Below, in pieces: positions 10,383 to 20,031 of a DNA stretch of 64,000 nt. Source of the stretch: Planctomycetota bacterium (GTDB lineage Bacteria; Planctomycetota; Planctomycetia; Gemmatales; HRBIN36). Position 1 is the stretch's first letter; the number at the start of each line of letters is the position of its first letter. The DNA is taken from the NCBI GenBank assembly GCA_014584395.1, contig JACTMY010000018.1, positions 30,342 through 94,341 on the forward strand, in the 5' to 3' direction. A program made the position numbers and the translations under genes. The notes under the pieces are model-generated. The model was given only the letters and a program-made list of their open reading frames with translations. It had not been told where the DNA came from and made no database searches.

Positions 10383-11141
10383 TTATTTCACGATGTAGCC
10401 GCCGTCGACGACGATCGTCGTGCCGGTGATGTAGCTGCCCGCGTCGGAGGCCAGGAGCAGCATCGGCCCGATGAGTTCATTCGGCTGGCCCCAGCGATCG
10501 AGGGCCGTGTGGTCGCTGAATTGTTTTTTCTCGGCATCGCTGAGCAGCGACATAGGAAGATCGGTCATGAAAGGACCGGGAGCGATGCAGTTGACCGTCA
10601 CGTTGTAAGGCCCCAGGTCGAGCGCCATGGACCGAGCCAAGCCCCGGAGGGCGGTCTTGGCGGCGGAGTAGGCGTTGCGGCCCGCCTTGGAGACAAAGCC
10701 GAAGGTCGACGAGATGTGAATGATCCGGCCCCAGCGCCGCTGTTTCATCCCCGGCGCCAAGGCCCGGGACAGGCTCATGGCCGCGTGCAAGTGCACTTCG
10801 AGCAGCAAATCCCAGTCGGCATCCTTGATCTGATCGATGGGCTGGGGCGTGTTGCTGCCGGCGTTGTTGATGAGGATGTCGATTTGGCCCATCCGCTCGA
10901 TGGCCGTTCGGGCCAGGGCTTCCACCTGATCCCGCTGGCTCATGTCGGCCACGATGCAGTCGCCGCGGCGATCAGTTCCTTCGAGGATGTCTCGGAGGCT
11001 CTTGCGCAATTCCTCCTCGTGCCGGCTGCTGATGACCACGTCCGCGCCGGCCTGGGCCAGCCCCCGGGCCATGGACTTGCCCAACCCCCGGCTGCCGCCG
11101 GTGACCAGGGCCGTTTTACCTGTCAGATCGAAGAGTTTCAT
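10383..11141 (-). CDS. Short-chain dehydrogenase/reductase (SDR) family oxidoreductase
   Basis: TGGSRGLG cofactor motif, NNAG, and catalytic Y-x3-K (YSAAK). Start at ATG 11141 (MKLFDLTGK...). Confidence 0.85.
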   Translation of the reverse strand: MKLFDLTGKTALVTGGSRGLGKSMARGLAQAGADVVISSRHEEELRKSLRDILEGTDRRGDCIVADMSQRDQVEALARTAIERMGQIDILINNAGSNTPQPIDQIKDADWDLLLEVHLHAAMSLSRALAPGMKQRRWGRIIHISSTFGFVSKAGRNAYSAAKTALRGLARSMALDLGPYNVTVNCIAPGPFMTDLPMSLLSDAEKKQFSDHTALDRWGQPNELIGPMLLLASDAGSYITGTTIVVDGGYIVK

Positions 11142-11180
11142 GGAGCGTGACGTCCCGCGGCGAGAAAGGGAAAAACGTGG

Positions 11181-11211
11181 AGAAAAGCCCACGGCATCGC
11201 GCTCCGTGGGC
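11181..11211 (-). terminator. Putative intrinsic terminator downstream of the TPR gene
   Basis: Stem GCCCACGG (11187-11194) / CCGTGGGC (11204-11211). On the minus strand it is followed by TTTTCT. Confidence 0.4.
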
Positions 11212-11242
11212 TGGCATGGTTTTATGAATCAACCTGAAAGGG

Positions 11243-12490
11243 TTAGCCATCGGCTTTGCCGGTCGTGTCGGCCTCGCCCGCGTCCTTGAGTTTCTTTTCG
11301 ATCTCCGCCTTGCGCTTGAGGTCCCGGCCGCTGCCGGTGGCTTGCTCCATGGCCCGCTTCCAGGCGGAGACGGCGTCGCGCTTCTCGCCCAGCGCCCAGT
11401 GGATATCGCCCAGGTGATCGAGAATCTCCGAACTTTGCCCGCGCGGCAAACCCGTGGCCTGCATCATGTACTTTTTCGCATCCTCATATTGTTTCTTCTT
11501 GAACAACACCCAGGCCAGGCTGTCCAGGTAGGAAGCATTGTTCGGCTCGGCTTCCACCGCTTTGCGGATCATTTTTTCGGCCTCATCGAGGCGTTGATCG
11601 TTGTCCGCCCAGATGTAGCCCAGGTCGTTATTCAGCCCGGCGTCTTCGGGGTTTTGTTTCAGCAAGGCCATCAACAATTCGGTCGCCTTGTCCACCTTGC
11701 CCATGTCGCCGTATAAGCTGCCGAGGATGCGGGAAAATTTCTCGCGCTCGCGGCGATTGTCCTCATCCTCCGGAATCAGCTTGAGGATGCGTTCGTAGAT
11801 GTCGGCGGCCTCATCGTATTTATGGAGGTACTGCAGCACCCAGGCCCGCGTTTCCAGGATGAAGGGGCTGTCCTTGTTGAAGCCCGATTGATCCAGCTTT
11901 GCCAAAGCCCCCTCGGCGTCGCCCCGCAGGCATTGAATCTGCACGCTCTTGCGCACGGCATAGGCCCGCCCTAAAAGCAGGAACCGGGCTTGAGCAGGAT
12001 CGCTGTTGGCTTCCAATTCCATCAATTCCTTGCACAACTTTTCGGCGGCGTTGTAATGCTTGCCTTGGATGTTGTGGTCGATCCAATTGAGATAGCTGAT
12101 CACGAGCTTGCGATCGCTTTGCAACTGCTTGGCGTGATCGACGCAAAGCTTGAAAAATAGATTCCCGGCGTCGTGATCGTGCAACTCGCCGGCCAAAACG
12201 GCCAAGGTGCCCGCGGCACTGTAATTAAAGGGCGGCTCCTTGTCGCTTTCCTTGAGCATGGCGACCGCCACGGCCAGCAGTTTTTTGGCTTGCTCATGAT
12301 CCTTGAGCTTCTCTTGCAGCCAGGCCGTTTGATTTTGCTCGTAGATCAGGCCGTTGAGTTCGAGCAATTCGCGTTTTTCCTTCGTCGTCTGCTGGCCGCT
12401 CGGCGGCGCTGCGTGCACCAGGGCCGCATCGACCAGGACCATCGGCATCGCCAGGCCAATCAAGAGAGGAAGGATCGAGCATCGTCGCAT
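11243..12490 (-). CDS. Secreted TPR-repeat protein
   Basis: Signal peptide MRRCSILPLLIGLAMPMVLVDAALVHA, then multiple 34-aa TPR-like units (A/Y/L pattern, e.g. AWVLFKKKQYEDAKKYMMQA). Confidence 0.7.
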   Translation of the reverse strand: MRRCSILPLLIGLAMPMVLVDAALVHAAPPSGQQTTKEKRELLELNGLIYEQNQTAWLQEKLKDHEQAKKLLAVAVAMLKESDKEPPFNYSAAGTLAVLAGELHDHDAGNLFFKLCVDHAKQLQSDRKLVISYLNWIDHNIQGKHYNAAEKLCKELMELEANSDPAQARFLLLGRAYAVRKSVQIQCLRGDAEGALAKLDQSGFNKDSPFILETRAWVLQYLHKYDEAADIYERILKLIPEDEDNRREREKFSRILGSLYGDMGKVDKATELLMALLKQNPEDAGLNNDLGYIWADNDQRLDEAEKMIRKAVEAEPNNASYLDSLAWVLFKKKQYEDAKKYMMQATGLPRGQSSEILDHLGDIHWALGEKRDAVSAWKRAMEQATGSGRDLKRKAEIEKKLKDAGEADTTGKADG

Positions 12491-12735
12491 GGGATAAACC
12501 TCGTGTAGCAGCAGTCCCTTGGGGGGCTAGTCGTCGATAACTAGATCATATCCTAGCCGAAACGTTCCATCCAGGCCAAGCGCTTGGGTTGAATCGACGA
12601 CCCCGCCGACGAAATATCTGCGGCATTCGATTTGCACCATGCACTTGGATGCCATTTTTAAGTTATGATCCATGCATGATCAGAAGACCTCATTGATCAT
12701 CGCTTGACCAAACTCCCTCTTCAATGAGATGAACC

Positions 12736-13737
12736 ATGTCCTCGCTGCGTTTCGATGTCACCACGGGCGATTGGATCATCTTCGCCCCCGAAAGAGCTCG
12801 GCGGCCCAACCAGCACAAGCAAGACAGGGTCAGCCCCCCGCCAGCGCCCGATGCCAAGTTTTGCCCTTTCTGCCCGGGAAATGAAGGCGCTTCGACCAAG
12901 GAAATCCATACGATCCGCGACCCTTCGTCGGGAGCTTGGCAAGTGCGCGTCATCGCCAACAAGTTCCCCGCCCTCAGAATCGAGGATGACATCAACCGCC
13001 ACGAAGACGGCCGGCTTTTTCGCCGCATGGGCGGCTGCGGCGCCCACGAAGTGGTCATCGAATCGCCGGAGCACGACGTTTACCTGGCCCATCAAAGCGC
13101 GGCCCAGATCGAACGGGTCCTCATCACGCTCCACCAGCGCTTCAACGATCTGATGCGCGACCTCCGCTTTCAAACCATCATCATTTTCAAAAACCACGGC
13201 GAAGGCGCCGGCACTTCCATCCGCCATCCCCACTGTCAAATCATCGCCACCCCCGTCGTCCCCCGGCTCATGCGGCTGAAGCACCGCGTGGCGATCGATT
13301 ATTTTGATCAGATGGGCCGCTGTCTTTACGTCGATTTGCTGAATGATGAAATCATCGAACGGGACCGCATTCTGCTGGACAACGATCAATATACCGCCGT
13401 CATGCCTTATGCCTCGCATGTCCCCTATCAGATTCGCATCTTTCCCAAGCGCCGGGAGGCCAGCTTCGGCCATGCCGATCCCGCCTCCTTCTCCGCCCTG
13501 GCCCAACTGCTCAAAGCGGTGCTGCAGAAATTGCACTATGGCCTGAATGATCCCGATTACAACATGACGCTCAACACCGTCCCCCGCGGCGATGAGGACG
13601 AGGAATACTTCAATTGGCACATCGACATCTTGCCCCGCCTGACGAATCCCGCCGGCTTCGAACTGGGCAGCGGCATGGCGATCAACGTCGTCTTGCCCGA
13701 GGAGGCCTGCCAATCGCTGCGCGCCGTGGAACCATGA
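12736..13737 (+). CDS. galT: Galactose-1-phosphate uridylyltransferase family (HIT superfamily) nucleotidyltransferase
   Basis: CPFCPGNE zinc motif, active-site HPHCQI (H-x-H-x-Q), ~330 aa length. Confidence 0.8.
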   Translation: MSSLRFDVTTGDWIIFAPERARRPNQHKQDRVSPPPAPDAKFCPFCPGNEGASTKEIHTIRDPSSGAWQVRVIANKFPALRIEDDINRHEDGRLFRRMGGCGAHEVVIESPEHDVYLAHQSAAQIERVLITLHQRFNDLMRDLRFQTIIIFKNHGEGAGTSIRHPHCQIIATPVVPRLMRLKHRVAIDYFDQMGRCLYVDLLNDEIIERDRILLDNDQYTAVMPYASHVPYQIRIFPKRREASFGHADPASFSALAQLLKAVLQKLHYGLNDPDYNMTLNTVPRGDEDEEYFNWHIDILPRLTNPAGFELGSGMAINVVLPEEACQSLRAVEP

Positions 13738-16700
13738 CGCGGCCTGCTCCGCGTGGCTCTCTTGGCCGATTTTTCGTTCCCAACCAACTGGCCAACCTTT
13801 ATGATCGATTCTTGAGAACGGTCCTGTTGCGAGGTTTGATAGTCAACATGTCCAGCGACTCTTCACTCGGCGACACCATGGATTTACCCCAAAGCGACAT
13901 GATGTCGTTCCGTTTGTCGCCGTCGACGCCAACCCATCCCAACCTCTCATCCCCCGGGCCCCAAGTTCATGACGAATTCGATGACCTGTTGTCGCCGCTC
14001 CCTGGGTACAAACTGGAAACGGAAATCGCCAAGGGCGGCATGGGCGTCATCCATCAAGCCCGCGATCTCACCATCAATCGCACCGTGGCCGTGAAGATTT
14101 TGCAAGATCGCTATCCCATCGATTCCCCCGTGGCCAAGCGCTTCATTGAAGAAGCCCAGATCACAGGTCAGCTCCAGCATCCTGGCATTCCGCCGATCTA
14201 TCAGGTGGGCCGCATGGCCGACGGCCGCCCCTATCTCGCCATGAAATTGATCAAGGGTGAAACGCTGGAAGCCATCATGACCCGGTGGATTCAACAGCAA
14301 ACCGCAGGCTTCCCCGCCAACGGCGGCAGTACCTCCGCAGCGGAAGCCGTCCCTCCCTTGGGATCGATCAATTACCTCGCTTTGATCGAAGCCGTGGCGC
14401 AGGCCGTGGGGTATGCCCATGCCCATGGCGTGATCCATCGGGACCTCAAGCCGGCCAACATCATGGTGGGACCTTTTGGCGAGGTCCAAGTCATGGATTG
14501 GGGGCTGGCCAAGCTGATCACGCATGATGACGCTCCGGCAACAGAGCCGGCGCCTGCCGCCGCCGCACCGCTGGCGACTGCGCTGCATGATCCACGAGCC
14601 TGCTTCGATGCCAAGGCAACCCAGACGGGCACCATTCTCGGCACCTTGACCTACATGGCCCCTGAACAAGCGGCTGGCGAGATCAATAAGATCGACCAGC
14701 GGTCCGACGTCTTCGGCCTGGGCGCGGTGCTTTGCTACCTGCTCACGGGCCGCCCGCCCTACTCGGGGACCGAATTTGAAGCCGTTCGGCTCAAGGCGCT
14801 GCGCGGCCAGACCGGCGAAGCTTTCGCTTGGCTCGATGCTTCGGGAGCGGAACCCGGGGTGATCGCCTTGTGCAAACGCTGCCTGGCGTTTGATCCGCTG
14901 CAGCGCCCCGAAGACGGCCTTGCTGTCGCGGCCGAAGTGGCGGCCCTGCGCCGCGAGGCTGAACAGCGCGCCAAACAAGCGGAAATCGAGCAAGCCCGGG
15001 CGCGCGTGTTTGCCGAGGAGCAGCGCAAACGGCGGAAAATTTGGTTCGCCCTGGCCATTGTGCTGCTGGTCGGCGTCATCACGTCCTCCACCCTGGCGCT
15101 CTGGGCCTTCACCTTGGAGAGTCAAGCCAAGGCCAACGAACAACGGGCGCAAAACGAGAGAGATGAAAAAGAAAGACAGCGGGAGACCGCGGTCAAACGC
15201 TTAAGCCAAATCGAACGCGGCGTCGAAATCATCGCGAACATGCTCGCCGGCATCAATCCCCGCGCCGAGGAACAGGGCGGCTCCCCTCTCTATGAGCAAC
15301 TGCGCGAACGCGCCGAAAAAGCCGTTGACCTTTTAGACGCCGAGTCGGTGGGCGATCCCCTGGTCGTCGCCAAATTGCAGACCCTTCTGGGGAACACGCT
15401 CAGCGAGTTGGGCAATGCGGCCAAAGCCGTCGAAGTGTTGGAAAAAGCCCGTGCGACGCGCGAACGCTGGCTCGGCCTCGACCATCCCGACACGCTCGCC
15501 ACCATGAACATCTTGGCGATGGGGTACCAAGCCGCGGGCAAGCTCCAACTCGCCGTGCCTCTGCTGGAGGAAATCCTGAAACGCCGCCAAACGGCGCTCG
15601 GGGATCACCATCCCAGCACCTTGCAAAGCATGAATAATTTGGCTGCCAGCTACCAAGCTGTTGGCAAACTCGAGCTGGCTGTGCCTTTGCTCGAAGAAAC
15701 CTTGCAGCTCAGCACGCATTACCTGGGGGAAGATCATCTCGACACGCTCATCAGCATGAACAACCTGGCCACGGCCTATCAGGCGGCGGGTCAAATCGAC
15801 CTGGCACTGCCGCTGTTGGAAGAGGGGCTCCGGCTCCGCCAAACCATCATGGGCGCGGACCATCCCGCCACGATCCAGGGCATGAACAACTTGGCGGCCT
15901 GCTATCAAGCCGCCGGGAAAATCGATCAATCGCTGCCTCTGTTTGAAGATACCCTGAAGCTCATGAAAGCCAAGTTCGGCGCCAATCACCCCAACACCCT
16001 GTCTAGCATGAACAATGTGGCGATGGCCTATCACGCGGCGGGAAAACTCGACCTGGCTTTGCCGCTAGGCGAAGAAGCGTTGAAACGCAGCCGCGACCGA
16101 CTTGGACCCGACCACCCCAGCACCTTGCTGCGGATGAATAATCTGGCCAATGTTTACCATGCTCTGGGTCGGCACGCGGCGGCATTGGCCTTGCGCGAGG
16201 AAACCTTGCAACGGCGGCGACTGAAATTAGGGCCTAACCATCCCGACACCTTGACTAGCATGAACAACCTGGCCTTATCCTTCGCCGCATTAAATCGCCA
16301 CGATGAAGCACTGGCCCTGCGCGAAGAAACGCTGCAACGCCGCCAGTCCAAACTCGGGCTTGACCATCCCGACACCCTTTCGAGCATGCACCACCTGGCG
16401 ATTTCCTACGCCCAGGTTGGCCGGCATGATGAAGCCTTGGAGTTGCTGGAACATACCTTGCGGCAGCGCCGCGACAAATTGGGACCGCACCACCCCGACA
16501 CGCTCTCGACCATGCACAGTTTGGGAAAATCGTACACCGACTTGGACCGTCGCAAAGAGGCGATGGCCATCTTTGAAGAAACGCTGCAGCTCCGCCGAAC
16601 CCTTCTCGGTTCCGATCACCCAGACACAATCGCCATCATGCATGACCTGGCCAGTGTTTATGCCGATCTCGACCAATCCGAGAAAGCCCAGGGGCTTTTC

Positions 16701-17114
16701 GCTGAGGCGCTCCAGCGTCTTGAAAAACGATCCTTTCGACATGATCGTGCAGAGGTCCTGCTGAAGAAAGCGCTTGCGTTTTATGAAAAGCGAAATCTTC
16801 TCCAACAAGCCGAAGATTGGCGGCGCAAATGGCTCAACGTCGTGAAGGAGCGCTCGGGACTGCATACAGACGATTATTGGCGGGAATGGCTTGGCCTGGC
16901 CGACAATCTGATGAAGCAAAAAAAGTGGAACGAAACGGAGTTGCTCCTGCTCGAAGGTCATGATTGGTTGCTGAAAAATATGGAACCTTCAGATGTGAAG
17001 CAGCGCCCCTATCGACATATTGAAATTTGTCAACGATTAGCTGAGGTTTACACGGCACTCAATAAACCCGATGAAGTGAAGAAGTGGCGCCAGGAGCAGG
17101 ATCGCTGGAAATGA
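13734..17114 (+). CDS. Ser/Thr protein kinase, TM segment, coiled coil and ten tandem 42-aa TPR (KLC/TPR_12-type) repeats
   Basis: VAVK, HRDLKPANIM, DWGLA and APE motifs; TM WFALAIVLLVGVITSSTLALWAF. Start uncertain: ATG 13734 overlaps the galT stop (ATGA), and ATG 13848 is an alternative. The track start 13614 lies inside galT. Confidence 0.85.
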   Translation: MTRPAPRGSLGRFFVPNQLANLYDRFLRTVLLRGLIVNMSSDSSLGDTMDLPQSDMMSFRLSPSTPTHPNLSSPGPQVHDEFDDLLSPLPGYKLETEIAKGGMGVIHQARDLTINRTVAVKILQDRYPIDSPVAKRFIEEAQITGQLQHPGIPPIYQVGRMADGRPYLAMKLIKGETLEAIMTRWIQQQTAGFPANGGSTSAAEAVPPLGSINYLALIEAVAQAVGYAHAHGVIHRDLKPANIMVGPFGEVQVMDWGLAKLITHDDAPATEPAPAAAAPLATALHDPRACFDAKATQTGTILGTLTYMAPEQAAGEINKIDQRSDVFGLGAVLCYLLTGRPPYSGTEFEAVRLKALRGQTGEAFAWLDASGAEPGVIALCKRCLAFDPLQRPEDGLAVAAEVAALRREAEQRAKQAEIEQARARVFAEEQRKRRKIWFALAIVLLVGVITSSTLALWAFTLESQAKANEQRAQNERDEKERQRETAVKRLSQIERGVEIIANMLAGINPRAEEQGGSPLYEQLRERAEKAVDLLDAESVGDPLVVAKLQTLLGNTLSELGNAAKAVEVLEKARATRERWLGLDHPDTLATMNILAMGYQAAGKLQLAVPLLEEILKRRQTALGDHHPSTLQSMNNLAASYQAVGKLELAVPLLEETLQLSTHYLGEDHLDTLISMNNLATAYQAAGQIDLALPLLEEGLRLRQTIMGADHPATIQGMNNLAACYQAAGKIDQSLPLFEDTLKLMKAKFGANHPNTLSSMNNVAMAYHAAGKLDLALPLGEEALKRSRDRLGPDHPSTLLRMNNLANVYHALGRHAAALALREETLQRRRLKLGPNHPDTLTSMNNLALSFAALNRHDEALALREETLQRRQSKLGLDHPDTLSSMHHLAISYAQVGRHDEALELLEHTLRQRRDKLGPHHPDTLSTMHSLGKSYTDLDRRKEAMAIFEETLQLRRTLLGSDHPDTIAIMHDLASVYADLDQSEKAQGLFAEALQRLEKRSFRHDRAEVLLKKALAFYEKRNLLQQAEDWRRKWLNVVKERSGLHTDDYWREWLGLADNLMKQKKWNETELLLLEGHDWLLKNMEPSDVKQRPYRHIEICQRLAEVYTALNKPDEVKKWRQEQDRWK
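15471..16730 (+). repeat. Ten tandem 126-bp (42-aa) coding repeats inside the kinase gene
   Basis: Units LG.DHPDTL.SMNNLA..Y...G....A..L.EE.L..R... repeat head-to-tail ten times. Confidence 0.85.
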
Positions 17115-17152
17115 TCATCCGACATAAGCGGCGCCCCTTGCTGCAAAGCCAA

Positions 17153-17650
17153 TCACTTTTCTCCTAACATCCAGCCAGGGAGGGCCGCGGCTTGCTTGAC
17201 CCAGTCCGCTAACTGGGCCTCATTCAGATCATCGTCTTCATAAATATCCAGCCAGCGGGCGTTTTTGTCCTTGCCCGCGCCGGGGGGCAGCGGCCGCAGC
17301 GCTGAGCCGTGGAAGAACGTGACTTTGACGTACTTCGTCAAGCAATGCAAGGTGAGAAACCAACCCTGGCCTTCGACGCCGTAAAAGGGCGAGTTCCACC
17401 GCACGGCCTTTTTCACGTCGGGCACGGCCTGCACGATGAGCGCATCGAGGCGCTGGCCAAGGCCGCGCTTCCAGCCAGGCATCGCGGCGATGTAGGTCTG
17501 CACCGGGGCGTCGCCATCGGCCTTCGCGATCTGCGGGTTGCCGCCGGAAAGGAGTTTCACGGGCCGATCCTTCGCGGCCGGTTTCGCTGCTCCCTTGGCC
17601 TTCGACCTAGCCTTGCTTGCTTGGCTGCTCCGCTTGGGATGGATCGTCAT
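17153..17650 (-). CDS. DUF1801 (YdhG-like) domain protein
   Basis: Lys/Ala-rich N-terminus followed by ...YIAAMPGWKRGLGQRLDALIVQAVPDVKKAVRWNSPFYG...VTFFHG, which is typical of DUF1801. Confidence 0.6.
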   Translation of the reverse strand: MTIHPKRSSQASKARSKAKGAAKPAAKDRPVKLLSGGNPQIAKADGDAPVQTYIAAMPGWKRGLGQRLDALIVQAVPDVKKAVRWNSPFYGVEGQGWFLTLHCLTKYVKVTFFHGSALRPLPPGAGKDKNARWLDIYEDDDLNEAQLADWVKQAAALPGWMLGEK

Positions 17651-17742
17651 GGCTCTAGAAACCTTTGTGAAAAGTTGTCCGGCGAGCGATTGCTAGCCGG
17701 ATGCGAAGTCTCGCGCAGGTCAAGCTGGCAAATAAACGAAAG

Positions 17743-17796
17743 CGGCCTGAAGGGCCGATTCGGTCAGCCCAGGCCGAAGGCCTGGGTCCCCTGGCC
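17743..17796 (+). repeat. 54-bp repeat, copy 1 (contains hairpin CCCAGGCC-GAA-GGCCTGGG)
   Basis: cggcctgaagggccgattcggtcagcccaggccgaaggcctgggtcccctggcc is identical to 19978-20031. Lies 24 nt downstream of the sulfatase stop. Confidence 0.9.
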
Positions 17797-17819
17797 AAGG
17801 GGATGAATCGGCACGGGCA

Positions 17820-19613
17820 CTAGAGGTCGGCCGAGTCCAAGTACCACTTCACTTTCGGAATGTCAGGCATCTCGCGGCCGTTGTCCACCCCGATCTCCGC
17901 CTTGATCGCGGCTTCGAGCTTGGTGTTCATCGCCTTGATCAGGTCTGCGTTATTCTCCCGGTCTGCGCCGAGGTTGACCGTCTCGTCGGGATCGGTCTGA
18001 AGGTCGAATAGCTCCACATCATTCGACTTGTATAGATCATCGAGATTCTTCGGTTGGTTCCGATCCACTGGCGCGAAATATCGCGAGAACTTGTAGCGTC
18101 CGTCGAACACGGTCCGGAGGCTGCCGCGCTTCTTCAAGTCGGGCTTGTACCCGATCTTCTCCAGTTGCTCCTTCGGCGATTTGTCCGCCGCGATGGCTTC
18201 CCCTGCGGCCTGCATCAAGGTCGAGTCGTTGGTGCACAAGGAGCTGTAAGTGAACAGCACGCTCTCGTGGGCCGCGTGAATGTCGGCCCCCGCCCCCTTC
18301 GCAAGGACCGGCGCCAGGTCCTTGCCGGGCAGGTCGCGGCCCGCGAACTCGCTCCGGCGCGTCGCGTCCACCCCCGCTAGCGACAGCAACGTGGGGGTCA
18401 CGTCGATGTGGCTCGACAGGGCCTGGCACGTCTGTCCGCCCTTGATGTCCGGGTGGACGACGATGAACGGGATGTGGATCGACTCCTCGTAGGCGAATGG
18501 GCCTTTCCCGCGCAGACCGTGAGCCCCGGCCATCTCCCCGTGATCGGCGGTGAAGACGATGATCGTCCGCTCGGCCAGACCCAGGGCGTCCAGCTCGGCC
18601 AGGATGTTCTGTACCTGAACGTCTACGGACCGGATCGAGTTGAGGTAGAAGTTGTTGAACCGGTGCCAGCGGTCGTCCTCCAGCGGGATGTGGCCCAGGA
18701 CGTAGTCCCACATTCTCAGGAACTCGCCGTGTGCCTTGGGCCGGCCGGCAGCGTCCAGCGGTTCGCGCAGCGTCTTCGCGACCGGCATGTCCCAGGACTT
18801 CCGGTAGATCGGGTGATTCGGCGCGGTGGTCGCGTGATAGAGGAGTTTTCCCGTGTCCTGCACCTTCTGGCCGGGGGCGTCGGTGTTGAAGTACATGATG
18901 TCGTGCGGGTTCACCAGGCTCACGAACAGGCTCCACGGCTTGCCCGCGTCCGAAAGCTCCCGCCCGTGGCGGCGGAGCCAGGTGACCGCGCTCCCCGCGA
19001 TGAGGTGGTCGAACTGATAACCGCCCAGGTCGTGGCCCACGATGTCGCCAACCGAGGCGTAGTCCGCGAAGCCGTATTCCTCCATCTCCTTGGTGTACAG
19101 CTTGGTCGGGTTGTGCGAGTCGAAGTCCTTGTTGAGATGCCATTTCCCCTTGTAGGCCGTGTAGTAGCCGGCCTTGCGGAGCATGTGGCCGATCGTGGGA
19201 ACCTTGGTGGACATGTTCCCTTGCCACGGGCAGTTGGTGTTATCAAACATCTTGTTGTCCGCCGTCTGCAACCCGGTCATGAGGACCGAGCGCGACGGCG
19301 TACACATGATTGCGCTAGTGTAGTGCTGAGTGAATGAGGTGCCGGTCTTCTGCAGCCGCTCATGGGCGGGCAGGGAGAGCCCGGCTGGCCACTTCGCGGT
19401 GAAGCGCTCCTGGTCCGTGAAGATGAAGAGGATGTTCAACCCGCGTTTTTCGCCGCCAGACCCAGGTTTGTCCTGCGGATTCGCGCGTGCCGACGCCGCC
19501 CCGAGGAGAGGCGCCGCCAGGGTGCCAGCCGACCAGCGATTGAAGTCGCGTCTAGTGAGGTCGCACTGGCCCGATTCATTGATCATGACGAGTCCCCTTC
19601 CGAAGAACCACAT
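17820..19613 (-). CDS. Tat-exported formylglycine-dependent sulfatase
   Basis: CTPSRSVLMTG (C-x-P-x-R) sulfatase signature and twin-arginine signal LTRRDFNRWSAGTLAAPLLGAASARA. An alternative ATG at 19586 gives a more typical signal length. Confidence 0.9.
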   Translation of the reverse strand: MWFFGRGLVMINESGQCDLTRRDFNRWSAGTLAAPLLGAASARANPQDKPGSGGEKRGLNILFIFTDQERFTAKWPAGLSLPAHERLQKTGTSFTQHYTSAIMCTPSRSVLMTGLQTADNKMFDNTNCPWQGNMSTKVPTIGHMLRKAGYYTAYKGKWHLNKDFDSHNPTKLYTKEMEEYGFADYASVGDIVGHDLGGYQFDHLIAGSAVTWLRRHGRELSDAGKPWSLFVSLVNPHDIMYFNTDAPGQKVQDTGKLLYHATTAPNHPIYRKSWDMPVAKTLREPLDAAGRPKAHGEFLRMWDYVLGHIPLEDDRWHRFNNFYLNSIRSVDVQVQNILAELDALGLAERTIIVFTADHGEMAGAHGLRGKGPFAYEESIHIPFIVVHPDIKGGQTCQALSSHIDVTPTLLSLAGVDATRRSEFAGRDLPGKDLAPVLAKGAGADIHAAHESVLFTYSSLCTNDSTLMQAAGEAIAADKSPKEQLEKIGYKPDLKKRGSLRTVFDGRYKFSRYFAPVDRNQPKNLDDLYKSNDVELFDLQTDPDETVNLGADRENNADLIKAMNTKLEAAIKAEIGVDNGREMPDIPKVKWYLDSADL

Positions 19614-19797
19614 GCGCGTCCCAAAGTCGCCAACAACGGGGTCGGTTGCCGCCGAACGGTTCGCGTTTGAACAGCATAGCGGAGTGAAAGCAATGCTGCC
19701 ATTTAACCATCAACACCGAATGTAATGTAAATTGGGTTGATATCTGGAGCAAACGGATTCTCAACACTTCATTAATGTGTCATGTGAATGAAAGTTT

Positions 19798-19820
19798 GCC
19801 CCCCGTGAATCACGGGGGGC
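19798..19820. repeat. Perfect 23-nt palindrome
   Basis: gccccccgtga-a-tcacggggggc, 11-bp arms, G/C-rich stem. Confidence 0.8.
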
Positions 19821-19891
19821 TAAGCAGCGCGATAGGGTCCACTCCGCGCTCGCACTCGGGGCTTGCGCTGGCGCTGACTTCGATGTGTTAA

Positions 19892-19952
19892 AAGCCCGAA
19901 GCGCCAGCGCCGGGGGATCGATGCAAAACAAGCCCGAAGCGCCAGCGCCGGG
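19892..19952 (+). repeat. Two direct copies of a 23-nt motif at 38-bp spacing
   Basis: aagcccgaagcgccagcgccggg at 19892-19914 and 19930-19952. A partially complementary gcgctggcgct lies at about 19865-19875. Confidence 0.8.
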
Positions 19953-19977
19953 TACACCGTATTCTCAATGAGCATTT

Positions 19978-20031
19978 CGGCCTGAAGGGCCGATTCGGTC
20001 AGCCCAGGCCGAAGGCCTGGGTCCCCTGGCC
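19978..20031 (+). repeat. 54-bp repeat, copy 2
   Basis: 54/54 identical to 17743-17796, same orientation. Similarity continues about 15 nt further (ggatgaatcggc vs ggatgcatcggc). Confidence 0.9.

Noticed and set aside
12721-16961. Minus-strand ORFs 12721-13713, 13947-15152, 15333-16034 and 16290-16961
   Set aside because: They are shadows of galT and the kinase/TPR gene. They show no motifs, and the repeat periodicity only makes sense in the plus frame.
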